DNA of 47,222 nt from a virus (lineage: Duplodnaviria; Heunggongvirae; Uroviricota; Caudoviricetes). Positions 17,368-26,451 of this stretch are shown piece by piece. The translations under genes and the position numbers were made by a program. The stretch spans positions 1 through 47,222 of the IMG/VR virus record IMGVR_UViG_3300000976_000008; one strand, written 5' to 3'. The first letter of the stretch is position 1. Each line of letters opens with the position of its first letter. The notes under the pieces are model-generated. The model saw only the letters and a list, made by a program, of their open reading frames with translations. It searched no databases and was not told the DNA's origin.

Positions 17368-19575
17368 CTAGATAGTGCAGCTGTCATTATCACAATACTT
17401 AGAGCCAGCCGCTTCCATTACATAACTCGCATAATCTGCATTCTTCAGATTACTATTATAGTCAGCAACTTCTTCAGGAGTACACGCTTCATACGGAGCC
17501 TGAGCATACCCATGGTCTTCAGCAGGCAAGAAACTAATACCCTTAATCTTGTCTTCGAAAGCTTCCAAGACCAATGGGATCTCCGCAGCTTCTTCCTTCT
17601 TGAAAGTAATCGTACAAGAGACTTGATTATCAGCCCAGAACGCCTGGTAATCAGCAACATTCTGCATTTGTTCCCAAATGCTAACATCTTGAACAGCCCT
17701 AACCCTCTCATCGGTCACCGCAAACTTCACAACAACCGTACGTTCCTTATCACTCACAGAAGGTTCAACATGGAAGCCAGCATCTTTAAGGATACCAACC
17801 AATGGTGAATCCAAAGCAACGCGAACACGACGCCAATAAGTGCTAGCAACAGGATGGTGAATACCAGGGGTTGCACCAGCGACCAAAGAAACAGTACCAC
17901 TAGGCTTGACGGACGTCACCTTGATAGATCTGTTGACGCAGAGCCATTCTGAATAGATCTCGTCCCATCTCTTGATCTCAGTGTATCCAGCATCACAGAA
18001 ATTCGTCAGAACTTCTCGTCGACCAAACTTCGCAAACGCTTGAACAATCCCACTCTGAGACAACCCAATTCGACGATTACGAAGAGTAACTTGATTAGTT
18101 CGTCTATTGTGAGTCGGTAGCAAAGTGACCGCTTTCGCATACAAATATGCGAATTTCAAGGTCCGAGAATAATCGTCTGCGTCATCATGGTTAGCAGGGA
18201 AAGTCTCAACCAAGTTACATAGTTCATATGACTCAAGAGATTGTTCTAAACATGGATTACCACCCATGACTCGACCATCAATACCAGGTTGAGGTCCATC
18301 AGCCATTCGGCCAAAATCTCTCATGTTGTCAAGATACATCAATCCTGGCTCACCATTCATGGCAATATGTTCGCCAATCTTCGAATAATCTTGGCCAATT
18401 GTAGCGAAGATCGAATTATTCGAAACCCAACGATGGTGGTTCAATGCATTCCAAGTCTCAATCGCAGGGCAAAGACGATCCAAAGGAATACCAGTGTCTT
18501 TGAAATCTTCATTCGTGCCAGTATAACGACCATCAGCATAGATAGCGTTCACAGCATCAAAGAATTTGTCCTTCTCGTCTTCATTCAACGTCTCTGCGGG
18601 GTTCTTCATACCGCAGTAAGCGTCATCGTCAGGCTCGCCAAAAGCTATCTCAGCAGTTCGACGGACATTGCCAGCAACAACACATCTACCAACATAATTC
18701 ATCAAATCAACAATATCAACACTAGTCAGAGTATCATTGACTCGACGATCTAAATGCTGACGAATGAGATCATGTAACTCAACAAGGATAGTTGGTCCGG
18801 AAGCACTCCCGCCAAATCCCGCAATATCAGAGCCAGCAGGTCTAATACTATCATAATCAAAAGTTACTGCACCTGCACCAGAGTTGATGGTGTAAGAATG
18901 GATCAATTGACGAACAGAATCAACCCAACCTTCTCTCGAATCTGGAACAACGTATTTCCAGATTTTATTTGCTGGTTGGTTAATCTTAATCCGACCAGCC
19001 CCTTTGGTGTCGAAACCAACGCCAACACCCAGCATTGACATGTCCATCAGGAAGCAGAATGGCTCGGCAGGATCTGTTTCAATCTTATCGTGCGTCGAAA
19101 CGAAACCACAATTATTGAGAGCAGCACTTCCCCGCTCCCACATAAAATCAGTTCCCATCATCCAGAATCCACGACCTGGAGGGGTAAACTTAAAATCCCA
19201 AATCCGTTGAAACATCTCTTGGGCGGCTGGTTGTGCCTCTTCATAATCCCAAGGCAAGTGTAATGATCGTTGGTGCCGTCTTTGAATCTCAAAGCAACCT
19301 TCAACTACTCGCTGGACACAATCACAAAATGTTTCTTTGTTTCCGTCCGGCTTAATACGGGAATATGTTCTATAGAAGATGAATTCGCCGAGACCGTTGA
19401 AACCAAAGTCTGGTTTCTTCCCGTCGAATTGCTTAAGGAATCCCGGATCTAGCCTAAAGTAGTCCTTATCATCATGATGTCGAAAGTACGTCTTCGATAT
19501 ATTCTCAACATTTGTGTTGGGATTCTCAACTTTAGTACCATCAGTGGTCGCTGTCAATGACACAATCGTCTCCAA
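17368..19575 (-). CDS. nrdJ: Class II (adenosylcobalamin-dependent) monomeric ribonucleotide reductase
   Basis: PPGRGFW.MG, ALNNC, GGNPCLEQSLESYELCNLVE, RRIGLSQSG, TSVKPSGTVS, C-terminal CDNDSC; TTG start with GGAG. Confidence 0.95.
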   Translation of the reverse strand: METIVSLTATTDGTKVENPNTNVENISKTYFRHHDDKDYFRLDPGFLKQFDGKKPDFGFNGLGEFIFYRTYSRIKPDGNKETFCDCVQRVVEGCFEIQRRHQRSLHLPWDYEEAQPAAQEMFQRIWDFKFTPPGRGFWMMGTDFMWERGSAALNNCGFVSTHDKIETDPAEPFCFLMDMSMLGVGVGFDTKGAGRIKINQPANKIWKYVVPDSREGWVDSVRQLIHSYTINSGAGAVTFDYDSIRPAGSDIAGFGGSASGPTILVELHDLIRQHLDRRVNDTLTSVDIVDLMNYVGRCVVAGNVRRTAEIAFGEPDDDAYCGMKNPAETLNEDEKDKFFDAVNAIYADGRYTGTNEDFKDTGIPLDRLCPAIETWNALNHHRWVSNNSIFATIGQDYSKIGEHIAMNGEPGLMYLDNMRDFGRMADGPQPGIDGRVMGGNPCLEQSLESYELCNLVETFPANHDDADDYSRTLKFAYLYAKAVTLLPTHNRRTNQVTLRNRRIGLSQSGIVQAFAKFGRREVLTNFCDAGYTEIKRWDEIYSEWLCVNRSIKVTSVKPSGTVSLVAGATPGIHHPVASTYWRRVRVALDSPLVGILKDAGFHVEPSVSDKERTVVVKFAVTDERVRAVQDVSIWEQMQNVADYQAFWADNQVSCTITFKKEEAAEIPLVLEAFEDKIKGISFLPAEDHGYAQAPYEACTPEEVADYNSNLKNADYASYVMEAAGSKYCDNDSCTI

Positions 19576-20222
19576 TCTTCTCCGAGAATTTTCCGTGCTT
19601 CTTTAAGTGATTTTGTATCTTCTTGAAAGTTCGCTCTTATCAGATACAGTTGAGTAGCTTTTGGTAAGAAATTGCAGTCATCACTACCGCTCTTCTTAAG
19701 TCTTGCCAACGCTTTTGAACAAGATTTTGATAGGGCAATGTATAATGACGGTATTTTATTCGCCTGATGCCACATTGCTAAGTTGCAAAGGGCATCAGGC
19801 GATTTCCGACGCATTAGAAATCCAATTGTATCATCACCATCAACCATTCTTAATAGCCACTTATTAGTATCTGCTAAAGAATCGATTGATTGGGCATCGC
19901 CCTGGTTCTCCTTCTGCAGCCTCTTATATACGATTTCGAGCATGTTCTTCTGATGGAAGATAGCCATGCCTTTTCTCAAAGCACTAGGACCAGAGGATTT
20001 AACATGTTTCAATGTCAAATCGATGAAACGAATAGCTGTTTCATCATCAAATTCCCAACCATCAATCTTCTCAGCAAGAGATCGGCAGTAACGCCATTGA
20101 TAAGTTTTCTGAGGATCGGTATTGTCAGGAAATGATAACCTAATGTTATGGCGTAAATAAGAATCTAAGCACCAATTCCAAACTTTCCAAATCCGCTTGT
20201 CATCCACTTTGCATGTTTTCAT
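19554..20222 (-). CDS. Putative helicase loader, T4 gp59-like (222 aa)
   Basis: Size and spaced motifs resemble gp59 (see finding); ATG 20222 avoids overlap with the divergent gene. Confidence 0.5.
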   Translation of the reverse strand: MKTCKVDDKRIWKVWNWCLDSYLRHNIRLSFPDNTDPQKTYQWRYCRSLAEKIDGWEFDDETAIRFIDLTLKHVKSSGPSALRKGMAIFHQKNMLEIVYKRLQKENQGDAQSIDSLADTNKWLLRMVDGDDTIGFLMRRKSPDALCNLAMWHQANKIPSLYIALSKSCSKALARLKKSGSDDCNFLPKATQLYLIRANFQEDTKSLKEARKILGEDWRRLCH

Positions 20223-20247
20223 GTTAGTGGCAATACAAGGAGAGAAA

Positions 20248-20562
20248 ATGGCTGATGAAATTGAATCTATAGAGCAAAAAGATGCTTCCAACGAAGATGC
20301 ACAAAGCATTTTTGAACAGCAATTCCATGAACTGACAAATGAATTTGGCAAAAAATGCGAAAAAATGGGCGTACAAACTGCCATTATGGTCGCAATGCTG
20401 CCGAAGCCAGAAGATGCAACTGAAGAAGACGCTGAAGCCTTTAGTCACCCAGTAGTATTCTATAAAGGCAACATCTTAGAAGCAATGAGTATGTCAGCAG
20501 AAGTGCTAAGAGAATTTAAATCCAACGTCATGACATCGTTAGACACGAATCCTAGACGTTGA
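20248..20562 (+). CDS. Hypothetical acidic protein (104 aa)
   Basis: SD AAGGAG 5' of ATG 20248; protein-like composition. Confidence 0.7.
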   Translation: MADEIESIEQKDASNEDAQSIFEQQFHELTNEFGKKCEKMGVQTAIMVAMLPKPEDATEEDAEAFSHPVVFYKGNILEAMSMSAEVLREFKSNVMTSLDTNPRR

Positions 20563-20911
20563 CACTATCACAAAATAGAGAACTAATTCTCTGCCTCATA
20601 GTATCATCAACCTGATTATAACAATCAATCAACAACTTGTGTAGTTGATTTGTTTTTTCAATCTCTATTCTATATACAACAATAGTCAAAGAGTGATACT
20701 TAATTGGTATAATGGGATTGTACCCAGCCTCTTTGACCATATCTATGGCTTGACGATAAGCATCTTCAGCACGATCAGAATCATCACCAGCATAGCCTCT
20801 AATAGATGATTCCACAGAAGCAAGCATCTTCTCATAATTAGATGTCGAGTATGCTGTATCAAAATCATTATCGTATACTATGAGCCAAATTGGAACTATT
20901 TGATCATTCAT
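20552..20911 (-). CDS. Hypothetical protein
   Basis: Overlaps the end of the upstream cupin gene by 8 nt, suggesting coupling. Confidence 0.65.
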   Translation of the reverse strand: MNDQIVPIWLIVYDNDFDTAYSTSNYEKMLASVESSIRGYAGDDSDRAEDAYRQAIDMVKEAGYNPIIPIKYHSLTIVVYRIEIEKTNQLHKLLIDCYNQVDDTMRQRISSLFCDSVNV

Positions 20912-21305
20912 TTATTTGATCTATGAGATTATAAGGCAAATTCTGCAATTCAGAAGCAGATGACATACCGCCTTGAACAAATCGAATTATGTCGTTTTTA
21001 TCTACAGATCCGCCACGATCAGCATAATACTCTTCAATCATCGTACCAGCTTCATGAACCAAAAACATATGAGGCACAAGTGAAGGGACATCATGTACAT
21101 TGTCAGGTCCAAGTATCAGACGTTTGCATTTAGGTCCGTAGAACTCAATAACCTCTACCAATCCCTTCTCGATAATAAATCTATTAGCTCGACTTTGATG
21201 ATAATGAATAGAGCAATAACCGTACTGAATCAATTGTAGTTCATGCCTAGAATAAAACTCAGAACAAACTACTTCTTTTGTTTTACCCCAACATTTCTCT
21301 ATCAT
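20904..21305 (-). CDS. Cupin-domain protein (mannose-6-phosphate isomerase / Cupin_2-like)
   Basis: WG start, CSIHYH...F...G, L.P....VP..VPHMF, IE..; D..R end: the two cupin metal-binding motifs. Confidence 0.72.
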   Translation of the reverse strand: MIEKCWGKTKEVVCSEFYSRHELQLIQYGYCSIHYHQSRANRFIIEKGLVEVIEFYGPKCKRLILGPDNVHDVPSLVPHMFLVHEAGTMIEEYYADRGGSVDKNDIIRFVQGGMSSASELQNLPYNLIDQINE

Positions 21306-22891
21306 TGATTCTTCTCATAGTAATATTGAGTTTTGCGGTCGCCTTCTATGATAATCTGATCCAAGCCAATTCCGTCTCCATCCTCACTCTCATTTGACAA
21401 TTTGCCAGTCCGTAAAATGTTATTGACGGGGGCAAACAAATCAACTCTAGAAATGCCATCGATAGCTTCAATAGCTTCAATCAGATTAGAAACATAAAAT
21501 TCTTGACCCAATTCCCACTCAGAAATATTGAAATAATCAGTCAAAACTTGTTCTGATTGTTCTTTAATGACTGAAGCATCAGCATTTCTGTTAATGATCA
21601 CCGTCATATCAATATTTACAGGCAGAACCGAACCATCAAGTATGACAACATGGTCAGTGAGGACATTCAAATCCTCAAAGTAAGTCCGTAAACCAGCCTT
21701 CAAACCAGCATTTGGAGCAATAGGAACATTATCTGGACCAAGAGCCAAAGCGTAGATATCCACCCTATTAGCATTCAAACTAGATCGCAAAGTCGCAACC
21801 GACTTAACAACCGACCCATAAACAGGGTGTGAGAATGATGCTGCAGTCTGTGCATAATCATCAGCAGTCACAATACTATTATGAGTAGCAAAATCCCTAG
21901 GTGCTCGCTTCTTAGCTTGAGTAAGAGATTCACCATCTACACCTCCCGCAGAAGGTGAAATATTCCTAAATCGAACAGATGTTGACGAATTCGCTGGCGG
22001 CAAAGGAGTAATCGGTCTAGTAGAATCAATCTGAGCGACACCAATCCTGCCTCTGATACCGCCACCAGTTCTATATCTGAATGCAATATTCGATCCAGCT
22101 TGTGGAGATCTGCCAGTAACATCATCTCCAAATCGGAAAATCGCCGAATCCTCTAAGAAATTGACCTCAACAACCTTATCGTTCGGACCATATCGTTCAA
22201 TCGGTTCAGAAATCACATCCCATGATTCAGTAGACCCACCCACTGTAACATCAACAAAAATTGGGTCCTCTAAGATATTAGGTTCATCAATAGTTATGAT
22301 CTGATTAGCACCACCAGCACTTACGGCATTAAAAGGAGACGCAAAGTTTCCTTCAACTCCCCAAGCAATAACGCCTCGCTTACCGGCAGGGATTACAATA
22401 TTGCTATTCCAATCACCAGGCGATCTGAAGACCTCATACTTTATTTCTGCACCATCTGGACCACCAAAGGCAGAAAAAGTCAAACCTGGATCAATCTCAA
22501 TATCAGTGAAAACAGGCTGATCAACTGTGATTTCAATATCGCAAATAGCTGGGGTCTGTCTTTTGATTCTCTGATTAATCAAAGCCAAATGATTTACCAC
22601 AGCTTCTTCAGTCTGTGCTGTTGGTAAAAATCCTTCATTCGCCAAGATATCTGCTCTAAGAGACAGTTTAGCTGTTGTCGCAGCAATTATCTCCATAATC
22701 ATCATGATTCCGTTACTTGCAACAAAATCATTAAAATCATCCGGATAGTAAGTGCGGATATACTCAATAATCGATTTTCTAGCAGTGGTGTAGTCTAAAC
22801 CGCTAAAATTAAGCCTACGCAGATTACTTGGAGGTAAAACAACCCCAAATTCATCGGGCGTGTTCGGCAAGTCAAAAAGAGTTTCTTCCAT
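21302..22891 (-). CDS. gp6: Baseplate wedge protein, gp6 / baseplate J-like
   Basis: LNFSGLDY...K..I..Y....F.DF..S, NEGFLPTAQ, VNFGDDVTG-like FRFGDDVTG, YRTGGG, GG.DGES...KKRAP, VTADDY. Confidence 0.9.
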   Translation of the reverse strand: MEETLFDLPNTPDEFGVVLPPSNLRRLNFSGLDYTTARKSIIEYIRTYYPDDFNDFVASNGIMMIMEIIAATTAKLSLRADILANEGFLPTAQTEEAVVNHLALINQRIKRQTPAICDIEITVDQPVFTDIEIDPGLTFSAFGGPDGAEIKYEVFRSPGDWNSNIVIPAGKRGVIAWGVEGNFASPFNAVSAGGANQIITIDEPNILEDPIFVDVTVGGSTESWDVISEPIERYGPNDKVVEVNFLEDSAIFRFGDDVTGRSPQAGSNIAFRYRTGGGIRGRIGVAQIDSTRPITPLPPANSSTSVRFRNISPSAGGVDGESLTQAKKRAPRDFATHNSIVTADDYAQTAASFSHPVYGSVVKSVATLRSSLNANRVDIYALALGPDNVPIAPNAGLKAGLRTYFEDLNVLTDHVVILDGSVLPVNIDMTVIINRNADASVIKEQSEQVLTDYFNISEWELGQEFYVSNLIEAIEAIDGISRVDLFAPVNNILRTGKLSNESEDGDGIGLDQIIIEGDRKTQYYYEKNQ

Positions 22892-23277
22892 TATACACTC
22901 GAATTCTCAAGGAACAATTCTACACTGACATCTCTGGTTGGATCACGTTTCAATCTGGCTTGAACAGAAACGCTAATCTTGTTGCTGTCAGGAATTTCTC
23001 TTATGTGTACTAAGTCAACAATCACTCTAGGCTCTTGTCTATTAACTTCAGAAATAATGTCTGCTTCCAGAAGAGACAAATCAGAACTAACCAATTGTTC
23101 AAAGACAAAATTCCGAAGATTTACACCAAAATTCGGCCTCATTACACGCTCACCCGGTATAGTGAGCAGTAGCTGTAAAAGATCATTCTTAATCAGACGA
23201 ATGTCCTCTTGGCGAGACATCACATTTTGTACACCACCAATAAATGGCGGGTTGAAACCGAAAAAAGTGGCTGTCAT
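22891..23277 (-). CDS. gp25: Baseplate wedge protein, gp25 / GPW-like
   Basis: IKNDLLQLLLTIPGERVMRPNFG..L..FVFE, EPRV. Confidence 0.93.
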   Translation of the reverse strand: MTATFFGFNPPFIGGVQNVMSRQEDIRLIKNDLLQLLLTIPGERVMRPNFGVNLRNFVFEQLVSSDLSLLEADIISEVNRQEPRVIVDLVHIREIPDSNKISVSVQARLKRDPTRDVSVELFLENSSV

Positions 23278-23999
23278 TTCAGCACCGTTGCTACAGTTCT
23301 AAGTTTCGTGACAATATCTTCAGCTTGTTCAGCATAGAGATTTGCTTCTGCAACAGCAGCATCTCTAGTGTCAAATGCCAGCTGTCGTGTCTCACGCAAT
23401 TTATCAACTAAGAGCAAAAGATCAACATTATCAGAAGTATTCTCAGCCATGATTACCATAGCATCAATATTTCTATTCGCCTCATTGATTCTCTTCTGTT
23501 GAACATTGATCACGACTTCAGTATTTGCTCTAAGTTCTTTCAATCGATTCAATTCGATCATCAAGTTATCATGGACAACTAAAGAATTATCAGCAATTAA
23601 TTGTTGTTCTGCTTCTGAGACACCCAAAGATTCATAATCGAAGCGATTCAAATCATGCTGTGTCTCAGTAACAGGAGATACGAGCATAGGATCAACAGTT
23701 TGAAGCGGTGCATCACTAAAGTCAAGAATTTGACCAAGTTCAAATTGTTTAGCGTTATTGCCTTCAGTGTTTCTGGATGCTCTAGAAACACTGAATACTA
23801 GATCCCCTACGCTTCCTCTACGTTCCTTTAAGGCTAAGTCTCTCGGAACCCGTTTCCTAGAATTCAAACCATCTGGAATTTTGGGATATACAAGGTTGGT
23901 CCTTGGAGGTCTCTCATTACTGACCGTAAAAGTAACACTAGTATTATTAGATGGATCACTAGGAAGATCATATAAGCCAGTAGGGAATTTAATAATCAT
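23274..23999 (-). CDS. Hypothetical baseplate-cluster protein with C-terminal coiled coil
   Basis: Overlaps both the gp5 and gp25 genes by 4 nt; heptad pattern in the last ~110 aa. Confidence 0.7.
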   Translation of the reverse strand: MIIKFPTGLYDLPSDPSNNTSVTFTVSNERPPRTNLVYPKIPDGLNSRKRVPRDLALKERRGSVGDLVFSVSRASRNTEGNNAKQFELGQILDFSDAPLQTVDPMLVSPVTETQHDLNRFDYESLGVSEAEQQLIADNSLVVHDNLMIELNRLKELRANTEVVINVQQKRINEANRNIDAMVIMAENTSDNVDLLLLVDKLRETRQLAFDTRDAAVAEANLYAEQAEDIVTKLRTVATVLK

Positions 24000-26152
24000 T
24001 CTATTCTTTCTGCTTCCTCAAATGGCTTATTGTATGTCTTGGCTCTATCTGTCGGTTCTCTTTTGGTCGGCAATCTCGGTCTCACAACTCGATCAACACT
24101 CGCACCTCCAGGACTCGGACACCCAGCACCAGGACCAGGGAATACACCACAAACAAAAGCATTCACTCGACTACCGAAGTATTCAGCATTTGTTTGGATA
24201 TTACCATTTACTAATGTAAATTTGGTGCCCCCTGCCTGCATTCTTATTGATTTACCGGCTTTGATAAATATATGCTCATCAGCTCGGAGATTCATATTCC
24301 CATTTGTAATAACATTGACTTCACGATTGGCATAGATTTCTATTTTCCCATTCGCTTCATCGTTGAATATTACAATTTTCTTTTCACGATCATCCATCCA
24401 TTGGTACATCTTGCGATCTTTTTTGGCTCGCCAGATGCCAATTTGATTCTGTTTACTAAACCACATTCCTCTACGTTGGCAGTCAACAATTTCAGCCCAA
24501 GGACCATCACCCTTCTGACCGTCGCGGGCTTCCACTCCTTGGTTGATTTCTTGTCTCCCAACCCCTGAGGGATTTGCCGGTTGATCTGGTGCAACACCGC
24601 TCCCAGCCCTAGTCTTGAACCTGATATATTCATTATCATGGTCAAGCTTTATATGGTGAGATGTCTTCTCAGGGTCTTTCAGCATGGTAGGCTTTCGGAT
24701 AAATTCATTATCCTTGACATGCATCCATTTTGGGACCCACTTCTTACCAAGAGAAGCAGTCATCATCATATACTGGTAACGGTCATTTAGTTCGATAGCC
24801 TGACCCATCGGAGAGCACCACATACTGTGATTGGCATCATCTCTCTCGTTGAACTCCCATTGGAAACCTCGCGAGTTGCCTCTCGTGGGTCTTTTCTTGA
24901 CTCCGGGCGTCCTTCTTCCCTTTACGAGGTATCCAACGCCTCTCGGCACTTCGAGTTTACGGGCTTGCCTGTCGTGGCTTCCGCGATCATCCCAGACTGA
25001 TTTGATTCCATACCTAGTGATCATCCTCATCCATCGAGCATCTCGGTCACCCCAATGCTTATCCTCCATCTCGCTTTTCGAACCAGATTCTTCAAGGAGT
25101 TTTCTTTTGACGAATGTATCCTCTTGTGGGTGGAATCCCTTATCATATGCCTGGAATAACATTCCTCCCTTGGTTCTAATCTTAATCCACCTATAGTCAT
25201 TTGTGGATTCTTTAGAAACGATTCGTGGTTCGATTCCAAATTCATCAGGACGAGTTTTGGATTCAATCGGTCCTTGTTGTGCCCAGCCTGTATCTCTCAT
25301 CTCAATTCGGTTTCCATACCGAGTCAGCATTAGTTGCTTACGCTGATCTCCATCTTTATCAGAAGCTCTAGGAACTCCATCGTTCAGAAGTCTCTGAACA
25401 TAGAGATATCTCTTAATCTCAAATTCTTCATCTTCTTTAAAATCGCCCTCAAATTCTCCTAATGATCCTTCTTTCTTCCAATGATAACCTTGATCTCCCA
25501 TCAGGAAGACATTTCCGTATTTGGTAACCCTAGCCATATACTTCTTATCGGGATCATTTACCTCTGGAGCGTTTTGTGTCTGTTCAAAGTCACCTCCCTG
25601 AATGGCATCATGATCTGGCGGTGGTGGCGTGACTTCATGCTCTTTTGGGAAGAATCCCACTGATGAATGTATATCTAGATTGCCGTATCTGTCAGACCAA
25701 CCATGAGCCATTGGTCTACCATCTTTAGGCAGATAGTCTTCATCATAATCTACTGGTCTATCTGCTGGTCTTCCATCCTCATTTACACTAAGTGGGCTAG
25801 GTAGTGATATCTGTGGATAAGCGTAGAATTTCCTTCTAGTCGGATCGGCGAATCCAGTCCAGATAGGCCCATACGGATGATTTCTTTCGAATGTGACCCA
25901 AACCCAATCACCAATCACTGGATTGGAGAATCGTCCCGATCTCTTTCCACCTAAGTCCTGACATGGTACGGCCCAAGGACATTGGTCTGGCAAAAGATCG
26001 TGGTTGTGCATATCAGGACACTTAAAACGTACCCTCCCGATATTCAAAGGATCATTCGTTTCAACTACTTCAGCACGATAACTAGCTGGGAATCTTTCTC
26101 GTAGAGGCTTTACTCGCTCTTCGAAGAATTTATTCCACACAACATCAGACAT
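23996..26152 (-). CDS. Baseplate central spike, gp5/VgrG-like (OB-fold plus beta-repeats)
   Basis: YRAEVVETNDPLNIGRVR, WA.P, P.IGDWVWVTFE...P..PIWTG OB-fold; C-terminal beta-helix-like stretch; SD AGGAG before ATG 26152. Confidence 0.88.
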   Translation of the reverse strand: MSDVVWNKFFEERVKPLRERFPASYRAEVVETNDPLNIGRVRFKCPDMHNHDLLPDQCPWAVPCQDLGGKRSGRFSNPVIGDWVWVTFERNHPYGPIWTGFADPTRRKFYAYPQISLPSPLSVNEDGRPADRPVDYDEDYLPKDGRPMAHGWSDRYGNLDIHSSVGFFPKEHEVTPPPPDHDAIQGGDFEQTQNAPEVNDPDKKYMARVTKYGNVFLMGDQGYHWKKEGSLGEFEGDFKEDEEFEIKRYLYVQRLLNDGVPRASDKDGDQRKQLMLTRYGNRIEMRDTGWAQQGPIESKTRPDEFGIEPRIVSKESTNDYRWIKIRTKGGMLFQAYDKGFHPQEDTFVKRKLLEESGSKSEMEDKHWGDRDARWMRMITRYGIKSVWDDRGSHDRQARKLEVPRGVGYLVKGRRTPGVKKRPTRGNSRGFQWEFNERDDANHSMWCSPMGQAIELNDRYQYMMMTASLGKKWVPKWMHVKDNEFIRKPTMLKDPEKTSHHIKLDHDNEYIRFKTRAGSGVAPDQPANPSGVGRQEINQGVEARDGQKGDGPWAEIVDCQRRGMWFSKQNQIGIWRAKKDRKMYQWMDDREKKIVIFNDEANGKIEIYANREVNVITNGNMNLRADEHIFIKAGKSIRMQAGGTKFTLVNGNIQTNAEYFGSRVNAFVCGVFPGPGAGCPSPGGASVDRVVRPRLPTKREPTDRAKTYNKPFEEAERIE

Positions 26153-26166
26153 AGTCAACTCCTACT

Positions 26167-26451
26167 CTATTTACTAAATGGTGTCTTATACTCTTGAGCA
26201 GAAACAACATTTTTCTGAATCAATGATCGTAGAGCTGGAACAGCGGTAGGACAAAATCTCTTGATCCATCGCAATTTAGAATCTAAGGACATATCTGGCA
26301 AAGTAGAATTCGACATAATCATATTCCTAGATCTGTCATCGACTAATTTCGTGTCTAGTCCAACAATTTTACCATCCTTGGTACCCAAATCTAGGAAAAG
26401 TATGTATCTAGTCCTCTTTTTGCCTTTATAATGAATCCAAAGTAATTTCAT
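26167..26451 (-). CDS. Small basic protein, weakly reminiscent of a minimal T4 gp2 (DNA end protector) core
   Basis: SD GGAG upstream; Y...K..RYILFL....G.I.GLD..L...R pattern. The family call is weak. Confidence 0.45.
   Translation of the reverse strand: MKLLWIHYKGKKRTRYILFLDLGTKDGKIVGLDTKLVDDRSRNMIMSNSTLPDMSLDSKLRWIKRFCPTAVPALRSLIQKNVVSAQEYKTPFSK

Noticed and set aside
10201-19575. Inteins or group I introns in terL, uvsW or nrdJ
   Set aside because: No C/S...HN-C/S/T splice junctions or LAGLIDADG motifs; lengths are normal. The ~45-aa basic insert in UvsW is too short.
24030-25663. Lysozyme domain inside the gp5-like spike
   Set aside because: No T4-lysozyme E-x8-D-x5-T or other muramidase motif recognised; the region is explained by beta-strand repeats.
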